Both the position numbers and the translations under genes were made by a program. A stretch of DNA of 64,000 nt from assembly GCA_016929445.1 (NCBI GenBank), contig JAFGIU010000041.1:1929-65928 (forward strand), written 5' to 3'. Positions 38,001 through 47,714 of this stretch are shown in pieces; position 1 is the stretch's first letter; every line of letters starts with the position of its first letter. Source of the DNA: Candidatus Omnitrophota bacterium (GTDB lineage Bacteria > Omnitrophota > Gorgyraeia > JAFGIU01). The notes below the pieces were generated by a model that was given only the letters and a program-made list of their open reading frames with translations, was not told where the DNA came from and did not search any database.

Positions 38001-39485
38001 TCACCCAACACTCCCTTCCAAACTCAAATTCAATAGGTTCTGAGCTTCTACAGCGAACTCCATAGGCAGCTCGCTAAATACCTCTTTGCAAAATCCGTTT
38101 ACAATAAGCGAGACCGCGTCTTCCTCCGAGATTCCGCGCTGCATGCAGTAGAAGAGCTGGTCTTCCCCGATTTTGGAGGTTGAGGCCTCGTGTTCAAGTT
38201 TTGCGGAAGTATTGCGCACCTCAATATACGGAAAGGTATGCGCTCCGCAGAGATCTCCCATGAGCAAGGAGTCACACTGCGAGTAGTTACGGGCGTTTTG
38301 CGCTCCCTTTTGAATTTTAACCAGGCCGCGATAGGAATTCTGCGCGTGGCCGGCGCTGATGCCTTTGGAAATAATCGTGCTCTTGGTATTCTTGCCCACA
38401 TGAATCATCTTGGACCCCGTGTCCGCTTGCTGGTAGTTGTTCGTGACCGCCACACTGTAGAATTCACCCACAGAGTTGTCCCCCAAGAGAACGCAGCTGG
38501 GATACTTCCAGGTAATCGCGGATCCGGTTTCCACCTGGGTCCAAGAAATCTTTGAGTTTACACCGCGGCAGGCTCCGCGCTTGGTCACGAAGTTATAGAT
38601 ACCGCCTTTGCCCTCTTTGTCGCCCGGATACCAGTTTTGAACGGTGGAGTACTTGATTTGCGCGTTGTCCATGGCGACCAACTCAACCACGGCCGCGTGG
38701 AGTTGGTTCTCGTCGCGCCGGGGGGCGGTGCAGCCTTCCAGGTAACTTACATACGAGCCCTCTTCCGCGATGATCAGCGTGCGTTCGAACTGGCCGGTTT
38801 CCGCCGCGTTGATGCGGAAATAAGTGGAAAGCTCCATGGGGCAGCGCACGCCTTTGGGGATATAGCAAAAGGAACCATCGGTGAAAACGGCGGAGTTGAG
38901 TGCGGCAAAAAAATTGTCCGTGTAAGGAACAACAGACCCCAGGTATTTTTGCACGAGTTCCGGGTGTTCGTTCACAGCCTCGGAAAAAGAAGAGAAAAGG
39001 ATGCCTTTTGCAGCCAAGGTTTGCTTGAAAGTTGTGCCCACGGAAACACTGTCAAAGATTGCGTCCACAGCAATAGCCGATTGCTGTGTTGCAGGGCTGT
39101 CATCCGCGCCCTCGACTCCGGCCAGGCGCTTTTGCTCCTTCAAAGAAATCCCCAGCTTATCGAAGGTCTCTTTAATCTCCGGGTCCAGTTCCTCCAGGCT
39201 TTTGAGCTTCTTCTTCTTCTTCATAGGGGCGGAATAATAGCGGATATCCTGATAGTCGATCGGATCGTAATGGATATGTGGCCAGGCAGGTTCTTTGAGT
39301 GTGAGCCAATGGCGAAAGGCCTTGAGCCGCCATTCCAACAAGAATTCCGGCTCCTTCTTTTTGGAGCTGATCAGGCGAATGACATCCTCGTTCAAACCCT
39401 TGGCCAGAGTGTCGGATTCCACATCCGTGACAAAGCCGTACTTGTAATCCTGTTCCGTGAGTTTGTGGAGGGGATCAGAGATCAT
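38001..39485 (-). CDS. sufB: Fe-S cluster assembly protein
   Basis: [42 protein letters not shown]. Confidence 0.96.
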   Translation of the reverse strand: MISDPLHKLTEQDYKYGFVTDVESDTLAKGLNEDVIRLISSKKKEPEFLLEWRLKAFRHWLTLKEPAWPHIHYDPIDYQDIRYYSAPMKKKKKLKSLEELDPEIKETFDKLGISLKEQKRLAGVEGADDSPATQQSAIAVDAIFDSVSVGTTFKQTLAAKGILFSSFSEAVNEHPELVQKYLGSVVPYTDNFFAALNSAVFTDGSFCYIPKGVRCPMELSTYFRINAAETGQFERTLIIAEEGSYVSYLEGCTAPRRDENQLHAAVVELVAMDNAQIKYSTVQNWYPGDKEGKGGIYNFVTKRGACRGVNSKISWTQVETGSAITWKYPSCVLLGDNSVGEFYSVAVTNNYQQADTGSKMIHVGKNTKSTIISKGISAGHAQNSYRGLVKIQKGAQNARNYSQCDSLLMGDLCGAHTFPYIEVRNTSAKLEHEASTSKIGEDQLFYCMQRGISEEDAVSLIVNGFCKEVFSELPMEFAVEAQNLLNLSLEGSVG

Positions 39486-39493
39486 GAGGTTGC

Positions 39494-39934
39494 CTATGCT
39501 TTCTTACAGTCGCAGAGCATGGAGGCCGGTGCGACCATTTCGGCCAGAGATACGTTAGTGAGTGCCGAAGAGATGAGTTGGTTGATAATTTGCCAATGCT
39601 GGCCTACCGGGCAAAGCGCTTCGTGATTGCAGTCGCGGTTGCTTGCATCGTCACTGCATTGCGTGATGGCAATGGGACCCTCCAAGGCCACGATGATATC
39701 GGCCAGGCTGATGTCCCGGGGCTTGCGCGCCAGTTCATAGCCGCCCTTGACCCCGCGATGGGAGATCAGCAATCCCTCGCGCGTCAGGCGTTTGAGCACC
39801 TTGCCCACAGTGGCCTCAGGCAGTTGGGTAAACTGCACCAGGTCGCGGGCTGTGAAGGTGCTTTGTCCGCTGTTTGAGGCACAGCGGACCATGAGGATGA
39901 TACCGTAGTCAGCCAATTTGCTCATTCGCAGCAT
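39494..39934 (-). CDS. Rrf2-family SUF system regulator
   Basis: [31 protein letters not shown]…C…C. Confidence 0.9.
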   Translation of the reverse strand: MLRMSKLADYGIILMVRCASNSGQSTFTARDLVQFTQLPEATVGKVLKRLTREGLLISHRGVKGGYELARKPRDISLADIIVALEGPIAITQCSDDASNRDCNHEALCPVGQHWQIINQLISSALTNVSLAEMVAPASMLCDCKKA

Positions 39935-39970
39935 AGTAGGGGATTCCTCTAAAAGGTGATGGAGCTCATA

Positions 39971-40030
39971 AATAGGACTAAACTAGTACTAGTTTAGCGC
40001 GCCTGGAGCGAATGTCAACCGGTTTAGTCC
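39971..40030 (-). promoter_or_regulatory. suf operon promoter with Rrf2/IscR-like operator
   Basis: Minus-strand TTGACA(40018-40013)-N16-TAAACT(39996-39991); imperfect palindrome aataggact-N5-agtactagt 39971-39993; second GGACTAAAC half site at 40022-40030. Confidence 0.65.
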
Positions 40031-40126
40031 CAATTTGAGAAGGAGTTGTGTGTGGTAGGATGAGGATTCTTGGGTGTCAGTTTGAGCATCATGGTTTTTA
40101 GAATCGATTACCGTTAGGAGGAGCGA

Positions 40127-40372
40127 GTGTTGGGAAATATGAAGCACATGATGAAGATGGCGAAGGCAATGCAGAAGTTGATGAAAGACAAGGACTTCCA
40201 GGCCATGATGGCCAACCCCAAGGTTCAGGAATTGATGGCGGATCCGGAGTTCAAGCAGATCGCGGAGAGCCGGCAGTTCGACAAACTTTCCACTCACCCC
40301 AAGCTGTCGGCACTGGTCCAGGATCCCGGCTTTCAGAAGCTGGCCTTGGAACTCCAGGGCAAACTCCGCTAA
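40127..40372 (+). CDS. Small Met-rich helical protein with STI1-like DP/NP repeats
   Basis: SD AGGAGGAG; MMANPKVQELMADPEF, VQDPGFQ. Confidence 0.6.
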   Translation: MLGNMKHMMKMAKAMQKLMKDKDFQAMMANPKVQELMADPEFKQIAESRQFDKLSTHPKLSALVQDPGFQKLALELQGKLR

Positions 40373-40377
40373 ATCCC

Positions 40378-40433
40378 GGGGACGGTTCTTGATTACCCCT
40401 TTCATCACGGCAGCTTACGCGAGAACCGTCCCC
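40378..40433. repeat. 56-bp dispersed element copy 3
   Basis: ggggacggttctt-N30-gagaaccgtcccc. Confidence 0.85.
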
Positions 40434-40466
40434 TACAACCCGTAGTTATTAAAACTTTCACAATAA

Positions 40467-40495
40467 TTGAAATAAGTCGGTTTGGATGCTAGACT
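40467..40495 (+). promoter_or_regulatory. Putative sigma70 promoter for the 40503 gene
   Basis: TTGAAA-N17-TAGACT with TG extension, 7 nt before ATG 40503. Confidence 0.55.
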
Positions 40496-40502
40496 TGAGC
40501 TT

Positions 40503-43500
40503 ATGCATCCTTTTCGCTCCCACCCTCCTTTGAAGTCATTTAAGCCCCGCGGTTTTTGGGCCCTTCGGGGCTGGGCTGTCATGCGGCCAGTGGCCCTGCT
40601 GATTGCCCAAGTCTTCTTCTTTTCCAGCGTGGATTGCGCATGGACCTCTGACCTCGGTGCCAGGCACCGGTGTCAGGCACCGGTGTCAGGCACCGGTGTC
40701 AGGCACCAAAACTTGGCAGTGCGGGCCAGGTATGAAGGCGAGGTTGCCGCGGCAATGGACGCATGGCTGGTTGCTCCGGGAGTCAAGGAGCGTGTGCTTA
40801 TGCTGCCCACCGAGAGCCGTGCGCAACTGCTCGGCCTGGTTGGGGCTGAGCAGGAAGCATTTCTTCACAACAGAATGGTGGAGTTGGCCCTGGAGGACGG
40901 GCAGGCTGAGCTGGTGGCAGGGATGGCACAAAAGGCGCTTGAGCGCCTGGATTCTTCCGGGCCCAGAGGCTGGCCTCATCCGGCATTGGCGGAGAGTTCT
41001 GCAGCGCTCCGGGCGCTTTTGGAGCAAGACCCCTCTGCATACGAGCGTTTGCTGGCTCTGGAGGAGGAACGCTACGAGCGCACCTATCCGTACTCTGATT
41101 CAGTACTGGAAGACCTTCCTAATTTCCGCCGTCATCTCAATCACAAGCTCGCACTGTTGATGGTGGTGGAAGAGGTGGAGACAGTTCGATGGTTATTGGA
41201 TAAAGGGCTCCTTCAAGAACACGAGATTAACTCTTTTCTGAGTGTGCGACGCTTATTGCTTTCTCTGGTGATGACTCCCCAACCGGAACCCGAAAATGAC
41301 AGTGAGTATTGGCAGGTCCCGAATATTCAGGATCACCTGGGGCGGATGGGAAGCATGCTGTTGGTTTTGCTGTACGAAAACCGGGATCGCTTTGAGATTT
41401 CTTCCGACGAGATCTTGGAAGTCTACTTCACAGCCCTTACCCACGACTGGGGGGATTATTACACGGAGTCCAGCGATCTAATTGTGGTTAAGGAGGTTGC
41501 CCGGCAACTGGGCATTGACAGTTCGGCCGAGAAGTACCTTCGAGGCGGATTTCCGCAATTGTTGGAGGACCTCAACTTGGCGGTTGATGAGCGCGGGAAT
41601 GAAGTCGATCCCGCATGGATGACCCGCTACAATGCGGTTCAGCCCCGGTTCGATTTGTTGGTGACTCGCAGTAGCGCCAAGAATCCGCTGGATCATCATT
41701 CCAAAGGCCGCTACGAAGAGTTCCTGTTGAGGGAGGATGTGCGGGCGCTTTTGGAGCCGTTGAGTTTCCGGGGTCGTGCCGTGACCCGGATGCTGGACGA
41801 CTTCCGGTATCTGACGCACCACCACGCTTCCCAGGAGCTGGAGTTCGATCTGTCCCCAGAGTCTCATCGAGGCCCGCGCCTCGCAGAGGCACAGAAGCCC
41901 GCAGCGCAGGACATTCCCCGTCGCGTCCAATATTGGGAAGGTATCTCCCTGACCGGGGATCAGAAGGGCGTGTTGGCATTGCTTCAGGCCGCGGATATGT
42001 ATCAGAAGCGTCTCAATGCCGCCAACAACATGTGGTTCTATCTGAACAGTGTTCGAGCCTTCCGTCCCGCGGACGTAAAGGACTATGTGATGGCCTTTCC
42101 ATTTGCAAGGCCCATCGCCTCCAGCATAAGAAAGGTCGCGGATAGCGGCGATCCGCTCTTCTCCGGCGCGGCGGTGCGGAGTATGGGCTATGTAACGGAG
42201 TTGCCGGACACAGGAACGGGAGCTGCGGAAGAAGACCGGCCCGGCGCCAACACGGCATCGCGGGCAGGTGAAGTAGGCCACAGCACAATGAACCGGGTGG
42301 CCTTTATGAGCGACAAGTACCAGGCGTGGCGGGCGGGTGAGGGCGTGGAGGAGGGGGCCTTGCTGCGTGAGGCGCTTCCCTTGCCGGAGGATCTGCAAGG
42401 GTCTTGGGGCGGGTTTATGGCCGATCTGCAACAGCGCTTTGATGCGGTGGACGAGAGCGGGGCGCCTCTGATCCTGGACGGGATCGAGCTCCCGGCCTCC
42501 CAATCCCCGGCCGGCGGAATGCTGCGCGCCCCGCCCCTGCAGATTCCGCTCTCCGCTCTTCTCAACGGACAAGCCCGCATTGCCTCCGGCCTTCCCACCG
42601 GCGAAATGATCCACATCAAAGACACGTCCATCGTGCTTTTGGACACCGAAGAAGACTTCCTGGCGGCCGAGCTGCACGAGGATCTGGAGAGTGTGTCCGT
42701 GCAATTCGCGCATGCGGGCCGCGGGTTGCATGGCGAGCCGGGGCGGGAGCAGCGGCTGGTGGTGTATTTGTCCAAGGCCATGGTTGAGAAGGCGCTCCAC
42801 CGTGCGGAGGGCTATGCGCCGGAACACTTGATGGCCCTGATCGCCGAGGAGATGGCCGAGGAAGTGCGGCGCAGGCAGGCGGAGATGCTTTCGGCACAAT
42901 TGGGGCTCGGAGGGGCGGCCGCGGTGGCCCTGGAGCAACGCATTGTGGACGCAACGGACGCGCAGTTAACCAAAGCGGGCGGGGCGTTGGAAGGTGTTTT
43001 TACAGATCGCGATACGTATGCCCAGCTTGGAGATCGCAGAGAGCACCTCGTACAGTCCCTTGAGGGATTGGATACGGGCGTGCTTGCAAGATTGCGGCAG
43101 ACGGCTCCGGACAAGCTGGCGGAGTTCTTCCGCTATCGCGAGGCCCTGTTGGGGCCGAATCCTCCGCTCGACTGGCGCAATCTTCCGGCTAATGGGGCGC
43201 TCGATCTGTATGAATCCCATATTGCCGACGTGCTCGCATTGGAAATGGTGATTCAGGGATACAACCTGCACAAGGGACGGGTCGTATTTTCGATCGCCGA
43301 CTGGTTGGGTGCGGGCGCAGAGATCGCGGCGCGCGGTTCTTTTGATTTTGAAATCCGAGTAAAGCTGCCCGAACTGAATGGGGCGCCCTCGGAAATGAAG
43401 AGGCTTCTGCAAACGGAAATCAAGCATTTGGTCTTCTACCTCAAGCGGCACGCGGCCGGATATGCGTCCTCCAGCGAATTGGCCGCGGCAGAGAACGGCT

Positions 43501-45917
43501 ACTCAGACGGAGACGCCTTTGACTCTCTTGTTTTGGAAGAGATCCCGGATCATCTGGATGACATCCTTATGGGCCGGTCCACCTTTGCCTGGAAGGCGAG
43601 GCAAAGCAGAGAACGGGTAGGAGGGACCAGAAGAGCGAGTGTGGATAGATCCGCGAATGCGCATCCCTACGCAAAGCTTATAGTGGGCCGGATTTTGCCG
43701 GAGATGTTGCAGCGCTGGGGCGTGGATATTCAAGCCGAACCGGAGATTGGAGAAATCCTGGTGGAATTCGCCACCTGGTTTGTGGCCGAGGAGGAGCTGC
43801 GGCCGTATGGGGATTTGAGCGATCAGAGAACGTTGTCTCACAAGTTCATTTCGCGAATCCAGGCAATGGAGTCGGCGGACGCGCTTTACGCGGCCGTGGA
43901 TCGTCATTTGCAGCGGGCTGAAGCGCGGGCGCTTTTTCCGGATGCGGCACGCATGTTGAATCGGCGCAGGAGGGAGTTGATGCAGTGGAGAGATGCGCAA
44001 AGCGCGTATGAGGACGATTATTTGGAGCGCGCCAACGTGGGCTCCAGACAGCGCGGCTCGGTTTGGAGGCCTTGGGACTTCACGCGGGAAGAAAGCCAAC
44101 TCATTGCCGAGGCGTGTCTGCGTGGGGCCACGGGAGAAGGGGCCCCGGAGCTGGACTGGCAGCGCAGTGGGCGGCTGTATTGGGAAGCGCCGATCGGGAT
44201 CGATCCGTTTGTTCAGAAGCGCCTGTTTTCCGGCTCACAGGTCCAGCGCGCCTTTGCCGTTAAGGATTCTCAAGGTCTGCTGGCCGCGGTGGCCGCCACG
44301 CCGGAGGGATTCAAATACCTGCTGTTGACGGGCGGCGAGGGTGCGGTGGACCGGATGGACCGGTATATAAACCAGAAAGGCGGAGCCTCTCAGTGGAATC
44401 AGGTGGAAGAGGTCAGGCAGGGCTTCCTAAACGACGAGTTCGGAATAGAACGCACGAGCATCCCGGTTCTCCCTGGGGTATGGCCTCCGGGAGTGTCCGA
44501 TCCGCTCGCTTTGATCGCGCAACAGCGGATCAGGCCGGGCTCCACGGTCTTGGATCTGGGATGCGGGACCGGAGTGATCGGCAGTGTGTTGCCGGAGTGT
44601 TATGTGATCATGTCCGATATCGATCCGATGGGGGCCAGTAATGGAGAGATTTCCGCGAAATTGTGCGGAGCAGTGAGCGGGGTGGAGTCCATCCGCATGG
44701 ACGGGCTGCGCGGATTTAACAGAAAGGTGGATTGGATTGTTCTTGCCGCCCCGAGGCCGGTCCATGCGGCCGGTGCGGCGGAAGCGGCCACGGCAACACA
44801 GGATCCCGGAGGCCGCCTGTTGAACGAAGCGCTGCGGGAATTACCGCGGGTTCTGAACGCCCCGGGAGGCCTGCTGCTGATGGTGAGCAATGAGGTGGCT
44901 GTTCAAAGGAGGGTCCGGGAGATGCACGGGGAGGCTTTTTGGGTGGAGGTGGTGGACAGGGACCTCTACCAGCAGGTGGTTGCGGTCCAATGGAATATGG
45001 ATTTTTATCGCGAGCAGGCTGCGGTGCCCGGGGCCACGGAGGATTCTGCAGCGGGTCCTGCAGTCGTCACCGGCGACCTGGACCTTCTGATAGAGATTCT
45101 TTCAGAGACTCTGCCGGGATCAAACTTCCAACAATTTAACGGAGTGCCTTACTCGGTGACGCGGCTGCAAACCGGAGAGTGGCGGTTGACGATTCATAAG
45201 GGCGCCGAAGGATTTGAGGAATTGATGCCGCGGGGCAAAGACGGAGTCATCTATGATGACCCGGAAAGGATCGCCGAAAGCGTCAAAGCGAAGGCATTGG
45301 GTTTGCTGGGCGTTTACGAGGCCTCCCTGCCGGAAGCGCATGAATTTGGCGGGCCGTTGCTGGTGGTCGGCCCCGGGCCGACTCTGGGAGAGGTGGATGC
45401 GCTTGTGTCCCATTTTCAGGCTCTGGATAGCGGGAGTGTGGATGTGATGGAAGTGTCGAACCGGAACGTACTGTCTTTGCTGAGAAGACTCCAGGAAATT
45501 GAAGCGGAAGGCGGGGAGAATGAAGCTTTGCTGCACAGAGTGGGAACAATCCACCACGCCCGCTTCGGGCAAAATGCGGGCCTGCTGGAAGAGGCGCGCT
45601 ATGGGTTTGTCTATGCGTTCGGCTCCGTGGACAGGGATCTGGCCGTCACCGTGGCCGGAGGGCCGGCCAATCAGCAAGAGGCGGTGGCTGTGCTGGAGGC
45701 GCAGTGGCGCGAGCTGTGGCGCATTCTCCAAGCCGGGGGATTGGGGCTGGGGCACTTTGAGTCCGAGGGGCCGGGCATGCGCTCCTTTTACACAGGGCGC
45801 GAGGCGTGGCGCCGCTTCCAAACCTTGGGGAATCCACGCTTTGACAGGGCTCTGGACTGGGTTCACAAGCCTGAAGAACTGGCCGTTGCCGCAGCAGCCC
45901 TGGAATCCTCCATCTAG
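40503..45917 (+). CDS. Large (~1800 aa) secreted modular protein: HD phosphohydrolase-like domain, SAM methyltransferase domain(s); C-terminus LESSI
   Basis: Hydrophobic VALLIAQVFFFSSVDCAW; DH…THDWG…HH…AADMY; VLDLGCGTG; start could be 40503 or 40581. Confidence 0.78.
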   Translation: MHPFRSHPPLKSFKPRGFWALRGWAVMRPVALLIAQVFFFSSVDCAWTSDLGARHRCQAPVSGTGVRHQNLAVRARYEGEVAAAMDAWLVAPGVKERVLMLPTESRAQLLGLVGAEQEAFLHNRMVELALEDGQAELVAGMAQKALERLDSSGPRGWPHPALAESSAALRALLEQDPSAYERLLALEEERYERTYPYSDSVLEDLPNFRRHLNHKLALLMVVEEVETVRWLLDKGLLQEHEINSFLSVRRLLLSLVMTPQPEPENDSEYWQVPNIQDHLGRMGSMLLVLLYENRDRFEISSDEILEVYFTALTHDWGDYYTESSDLIVVKEVARQLGIDSSAEKYLRGGFPQLLEDLNLAVDERGNEVDPAWMTRYNAVQPRFDLLVTRSSAKNPLDHHSKGRYEEFLLREDVRALLEPLSFRGRAVTRMLDDFRYLTHHHASQELEFDLSPESHRGPRLAEAQKPAAQDIPRRVQYWEGISLTGDQKGVLALLQAADMYQKRLNAANNMWFYLNSVRAFRPADVKDYVMAFPFARPIASSIRKVADSGDPLFSGAAVRSMGYVTELPDTGTGAAEEDRPGANTASRAGEVGHSTMNRVAFMSDKYQAWRAGEGVEEGALLREALPLPEDLQGSWGGFMADLQQRFDAVDESGAPLILDGIELPASQSPAGGMLRAPPLQIPLSALLNGQARIASGLPTGEMIHIKDTSIVLLDTEEDFLAAELHEDLESVSVQFAHAGRGLHGEPGREQRLVVYLSKAMVEKALHRAEGYAPEHLMALIAEEMAEEVRRRQAEMLSAQLGLGGAAAVALEQRIVDATDAQLTKAGGALEGVFTDRDTYAQLGDRREHLVQSLEGLDTGVLARLRQTAPDKLAEFFRYREALLGPNPPLDWRNLPANGALDLYESHIADVLALEMVIQGYNLHKGRVVFSIADWLGAGAEIAARGSFDFEIRVKLPELNGAPSEMKRLLQTEIKHLVFYLKRHAAGYASSSELAAAENGYSDGDAFDSLVLEEIPDHLDDILMGRSTFAWKARQSRERVGGTRRASVDRSANAHPYAKLIVGRILPEMLQRWGVDIQAEPEIGEILVEFATWFVAEEELRPYGDLSDQRTLSHKFISRIQAMESADALYAAVDRHLQRAEARALFPDAARMLNRRRRELMQWRDAQSAYEDDYLERANVGSRQRGSVWRPWDFTREESQLIAEACLRGATGEGAPELDWQRSGRLYWEAPIGIDPFVQKRLFSGSQVQRAFAVKDSQGLLAAVAATPEGFKYLLLTGGEGAVDRMDRYINQKGGASQWNQVEEVRQGFLNDEFGIERTSIPVLPGVWPPGVSDPLALIAQQRIRPGSTVLDLGCGTGVIGSVLPECYVIMSDIDPMGASNGEISAKLCGAVSGVESIRMDGLRGFNRKVDWIVLAAPRPVHAAGAAEAATATQDPGGRLLNEALRELPRVLNAPGGLLLMVSNEVAVQRRVREMHGEAFWVEVVDRDLYQQVVAVQWNMDFYREQAAVPGATEDSAAGPAVVTGDLDLLIEILSETLPGSNFQQFNGVPYSVTRLQTGEWRLTIHKGAEGFEELMPRGKDGVIYDDPERIAESVKAKALGLLGVYEASLPEAHEFGGPLLVVGPGPTLGEVDALVSHFQALDSGSVDVMEVSNRNVLSLLRRLQEIEAEGGENEALLHRVGTIHHARFGQNAGLLEEARYGFVYAFGSVDRDLAVTVAGGPANQQEAVAVLEAQWRELWRILQAGGLGLGHFESEGPGMRSFYTGREAWRRFQTLGNPRFDRALDWVHKPEELAVAAAALESSI
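40656..40707. repeat. Four tandem 13-bp units GGTG(C/T)CAGGCACC inside the coding sequence
   Basis: ggtgccaggcacc + 3x ggtgtcaggcacc, translated GARHRCQAPVSGTGVRH. Confidence 0.9.
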
Positions 45918-45977
45918 AAACTTTCACCCTTGCCGTCCCACCCTGTTTCGCTATACTAATTCATTCTGTCCTCATTC

Positions 45978-46033
45978 AGGGACAGGTCTCGCCATCTCAT
46001 TGCCGGCCAGTGGGTTACGCGAGACCCGTCCCC
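45978..46033. repeat. 56-bp dispersed element copy 4
   Basis: agggacaggtctc-N30-gagacccgtcccc. Confidence 0.85.
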
Positions 46034-46052
46034 TCCGCAGGAATTGGGGAAT

Positions 46053-46108
46053 GGGGACGGACCTTACATAACTCACTGTGCTGTAAAGAGTAATTGAGAC
46101 CAGTCCCT
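46053..46108. repeat. 56-bp dispersed element copy 5 (more degenerate)
   Basis: ggggacggacctt-N30-gagaccagtccct. Confidence 0.7.
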
Positions 46109-46123
46109 AAAAAGGAGAATTTA

Positions 46124-46603
46124 ATGACTGAACTCACACCTCTCAAGGAAGGCGACAAGGCGCCGGCCTTCAATGTGCCTTCCACTCTCGGCAAGAAGAT
46201 CGCGCTCAAGGATTTCAAGGGCTCTCAGCGAGTGGTTCTCTATTTCTATCCCAAAGACGACACCCCGGGTTGCACGGTGGAAGCCTGCGGGTTCCGGGAT
46301 AAGTTTGACGAAATTGAAGAACTCAACGCGATGATTTTGGGCGTGAGCCCGGACAGCATCGAGAAGCACGACAAGTTCATCGACAAGCACGAGCTGCCCT
46401 TCGTTCTCTTGTCCGATGAAGACCACAGTCTTTGCGAGGCCTATGGCGTGTGGGTCGAGAAGAACAATTACGGCAAAAAGTACATGGGTGTGCAGCGCGC
46501 GACCTTCATCATTGATACGGACGGCAAGATCGGGAAGATCTATCCCAGAGTCAAGGCCGAGGGGCACAATGATGAGGTGATTGAGTGGTTGAAGAAGAAC
46601 TGA
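46124..46603 (+). CDS. bcp: Thioredoxin-dependent thiol peroxidase (BCP/PrxQ)
   Basis: VVLYFYPKDDTPGCTVEAC.FRD, GVSPD, YGVWVEK; SD AAGGAG. Confidence 0.93.
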   Translation: MTELTPLKEGDKAPAFNVPSTLGKKIALKDFKGSQRVVLYFYPKDDTPGCTVEACGFRDKFDEIEELNAMILGVSPDSIEKHDKFIDKHELPFVLLSDEDHSLCEAYGVWVEKNNYGKKYMGVQRATFIIDTDGKIGKIYPRVKAEGHNDEVIEWLKKN

Positions 46604-46658
46604 GAATTGTCAGCCACGGAATTCCCGAATTCCGTAAATCCGCTACAATAGGGGGACT

Positions 46659-47714
46659 ATGAGCTTGGCTGGCGCTATCACAAAACTTCGTGAGTATGCT
46701 TCGGATTCCGCGGCGATCCTACGGGGGGAATCCTGTGGCGTCTTGAATGTCTCCTTTAATGAGCAGTCCTGCAATCTAAACTGCCGGGTCTGTGGTTTTA
46801 GCGCCAAAGAAGTGCGGAGCACCTACGGCACGGCCTCTGCCATGGATTCGGAAACTTTCGAGCACCTGGTTGCCGCAGTGCCGAATCGTTCGGATTTCTG
46901 GTTTGATATTTCTGCGATTGCGGAAACTCTACAGTTCGATCATCTGGAAGAGTTCATTGCCCGCCTCAAAAGCCGTAAACCTCAGGTCAACACAATCATC
47001 TCCACGAACGGGACCCTTTTGACGCCGGAACGGTGCCAGGCCCTTGTGAGCTCTGGGCTGGATTTTGTCCAGTTCTCTCTTTTTGCCCCAGACCCTGAGG
47101 GCTACGCCTTTATCACCCAAACCAAGGTCCCTTTTGAAAAAGTGGTCAATAATCTGCTCATGCTCTCAGAGGCGCGCGGTGAGTCCAAAAAGCCGGGCCT
47201 TGAAGTCTTCATTTATGACACCTTAGATTTTAGAGACCGAGCCGTGCCTTTTATTCAAAAGTACCGGGATAAGGTGGATGAGATCTATTTCCGCAAGCTT
47301 TATGATACGGCGGGTATGACCCAACACGGTCTTAATCCGGAGCAAACGCCGGAACGCTATCCCTGCGGAATGCTTTGGTATAGCGGTGCTGTCAGGAGCA
47401 CGGGCGATTTCCTCATGTGTTATCCGATTCAATGGAAGGACCGGAAGCACAAAATAGCCAATGTGCGCACTCACAGCCTGAAAGAATACTGGAGGAGCTT
47501 AGAGCCGTATCGCATCATGCATCTTGAGGGAAGGTGGAGCGAAATCCCGGCGTGCAAAGAATGTGATGCCTGGAGCATGACGCCCTCCGTCTTCTCAAAG
47601 CGCAAAGACGGGAGCTTCCATATTCCTTGGCAGCGCAGGGCGGCGGCGAAAATAGTAAACGGGATCAAGGCCTTGTTTAGAACAAAGCCTTTTGTGCGCA
47701 TGCATCGGTCGTGA
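46659..47714 (+). CDS. Radical SAM protein with SPASM/Twitch-like C-terminus
   Basis: CNLNCRVC, STNGTLL, YPC..LW…G.FLMC…ACKEC. Confidence 0.82.
   Translation: MSLAGAITKLREYASDSAAILRGESCGVLNVSFNEQSCNLNCRVCGFSAKEVRSTYGTASAMDSETFEHLVAAVPNRSDFWFDISAIAETLQFDHLEEFIARLKSRKPQVNTIISTNGTLLTPERCQALVSSGLDFVQFSLFAPDPEGYAFITQTKVPFEKVVNNLLMLSEARGESKKPGLEVFIYDTLDFRDRAVPFIQKYRDKVDEIYFRKLYDTAGMTQHGLNPEQTPERYPCGMLWYSGAVRSTGDFLMCYPIQWKDRKHKIANVRTHSLKEYWRSLEPYRIMHLEGRWSEIPACKECDAWSMTPSVFSKRKDGSFHIPWQRRAAAKIVNGIKALFRTKPFVRMHRS

Noticed and set aside
39070-39125. Short insertion in SufB ([11 protein letters not shown]) as an intein remnant
   Set aside because: No intein terminal motifs; lies in a loop that varies in length among SufB proteins
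41478-42938. 486-aa minus-strand ORF
   Set aside because: Antisense to the giant gene, no recognisable motifs
4262-46108. 56-bp elements as a CRISPR array (30-bp variable spacers)
   Set aside because: Arms are inverted, copies are dispersed rather than tandem, and no cas genes are in the window
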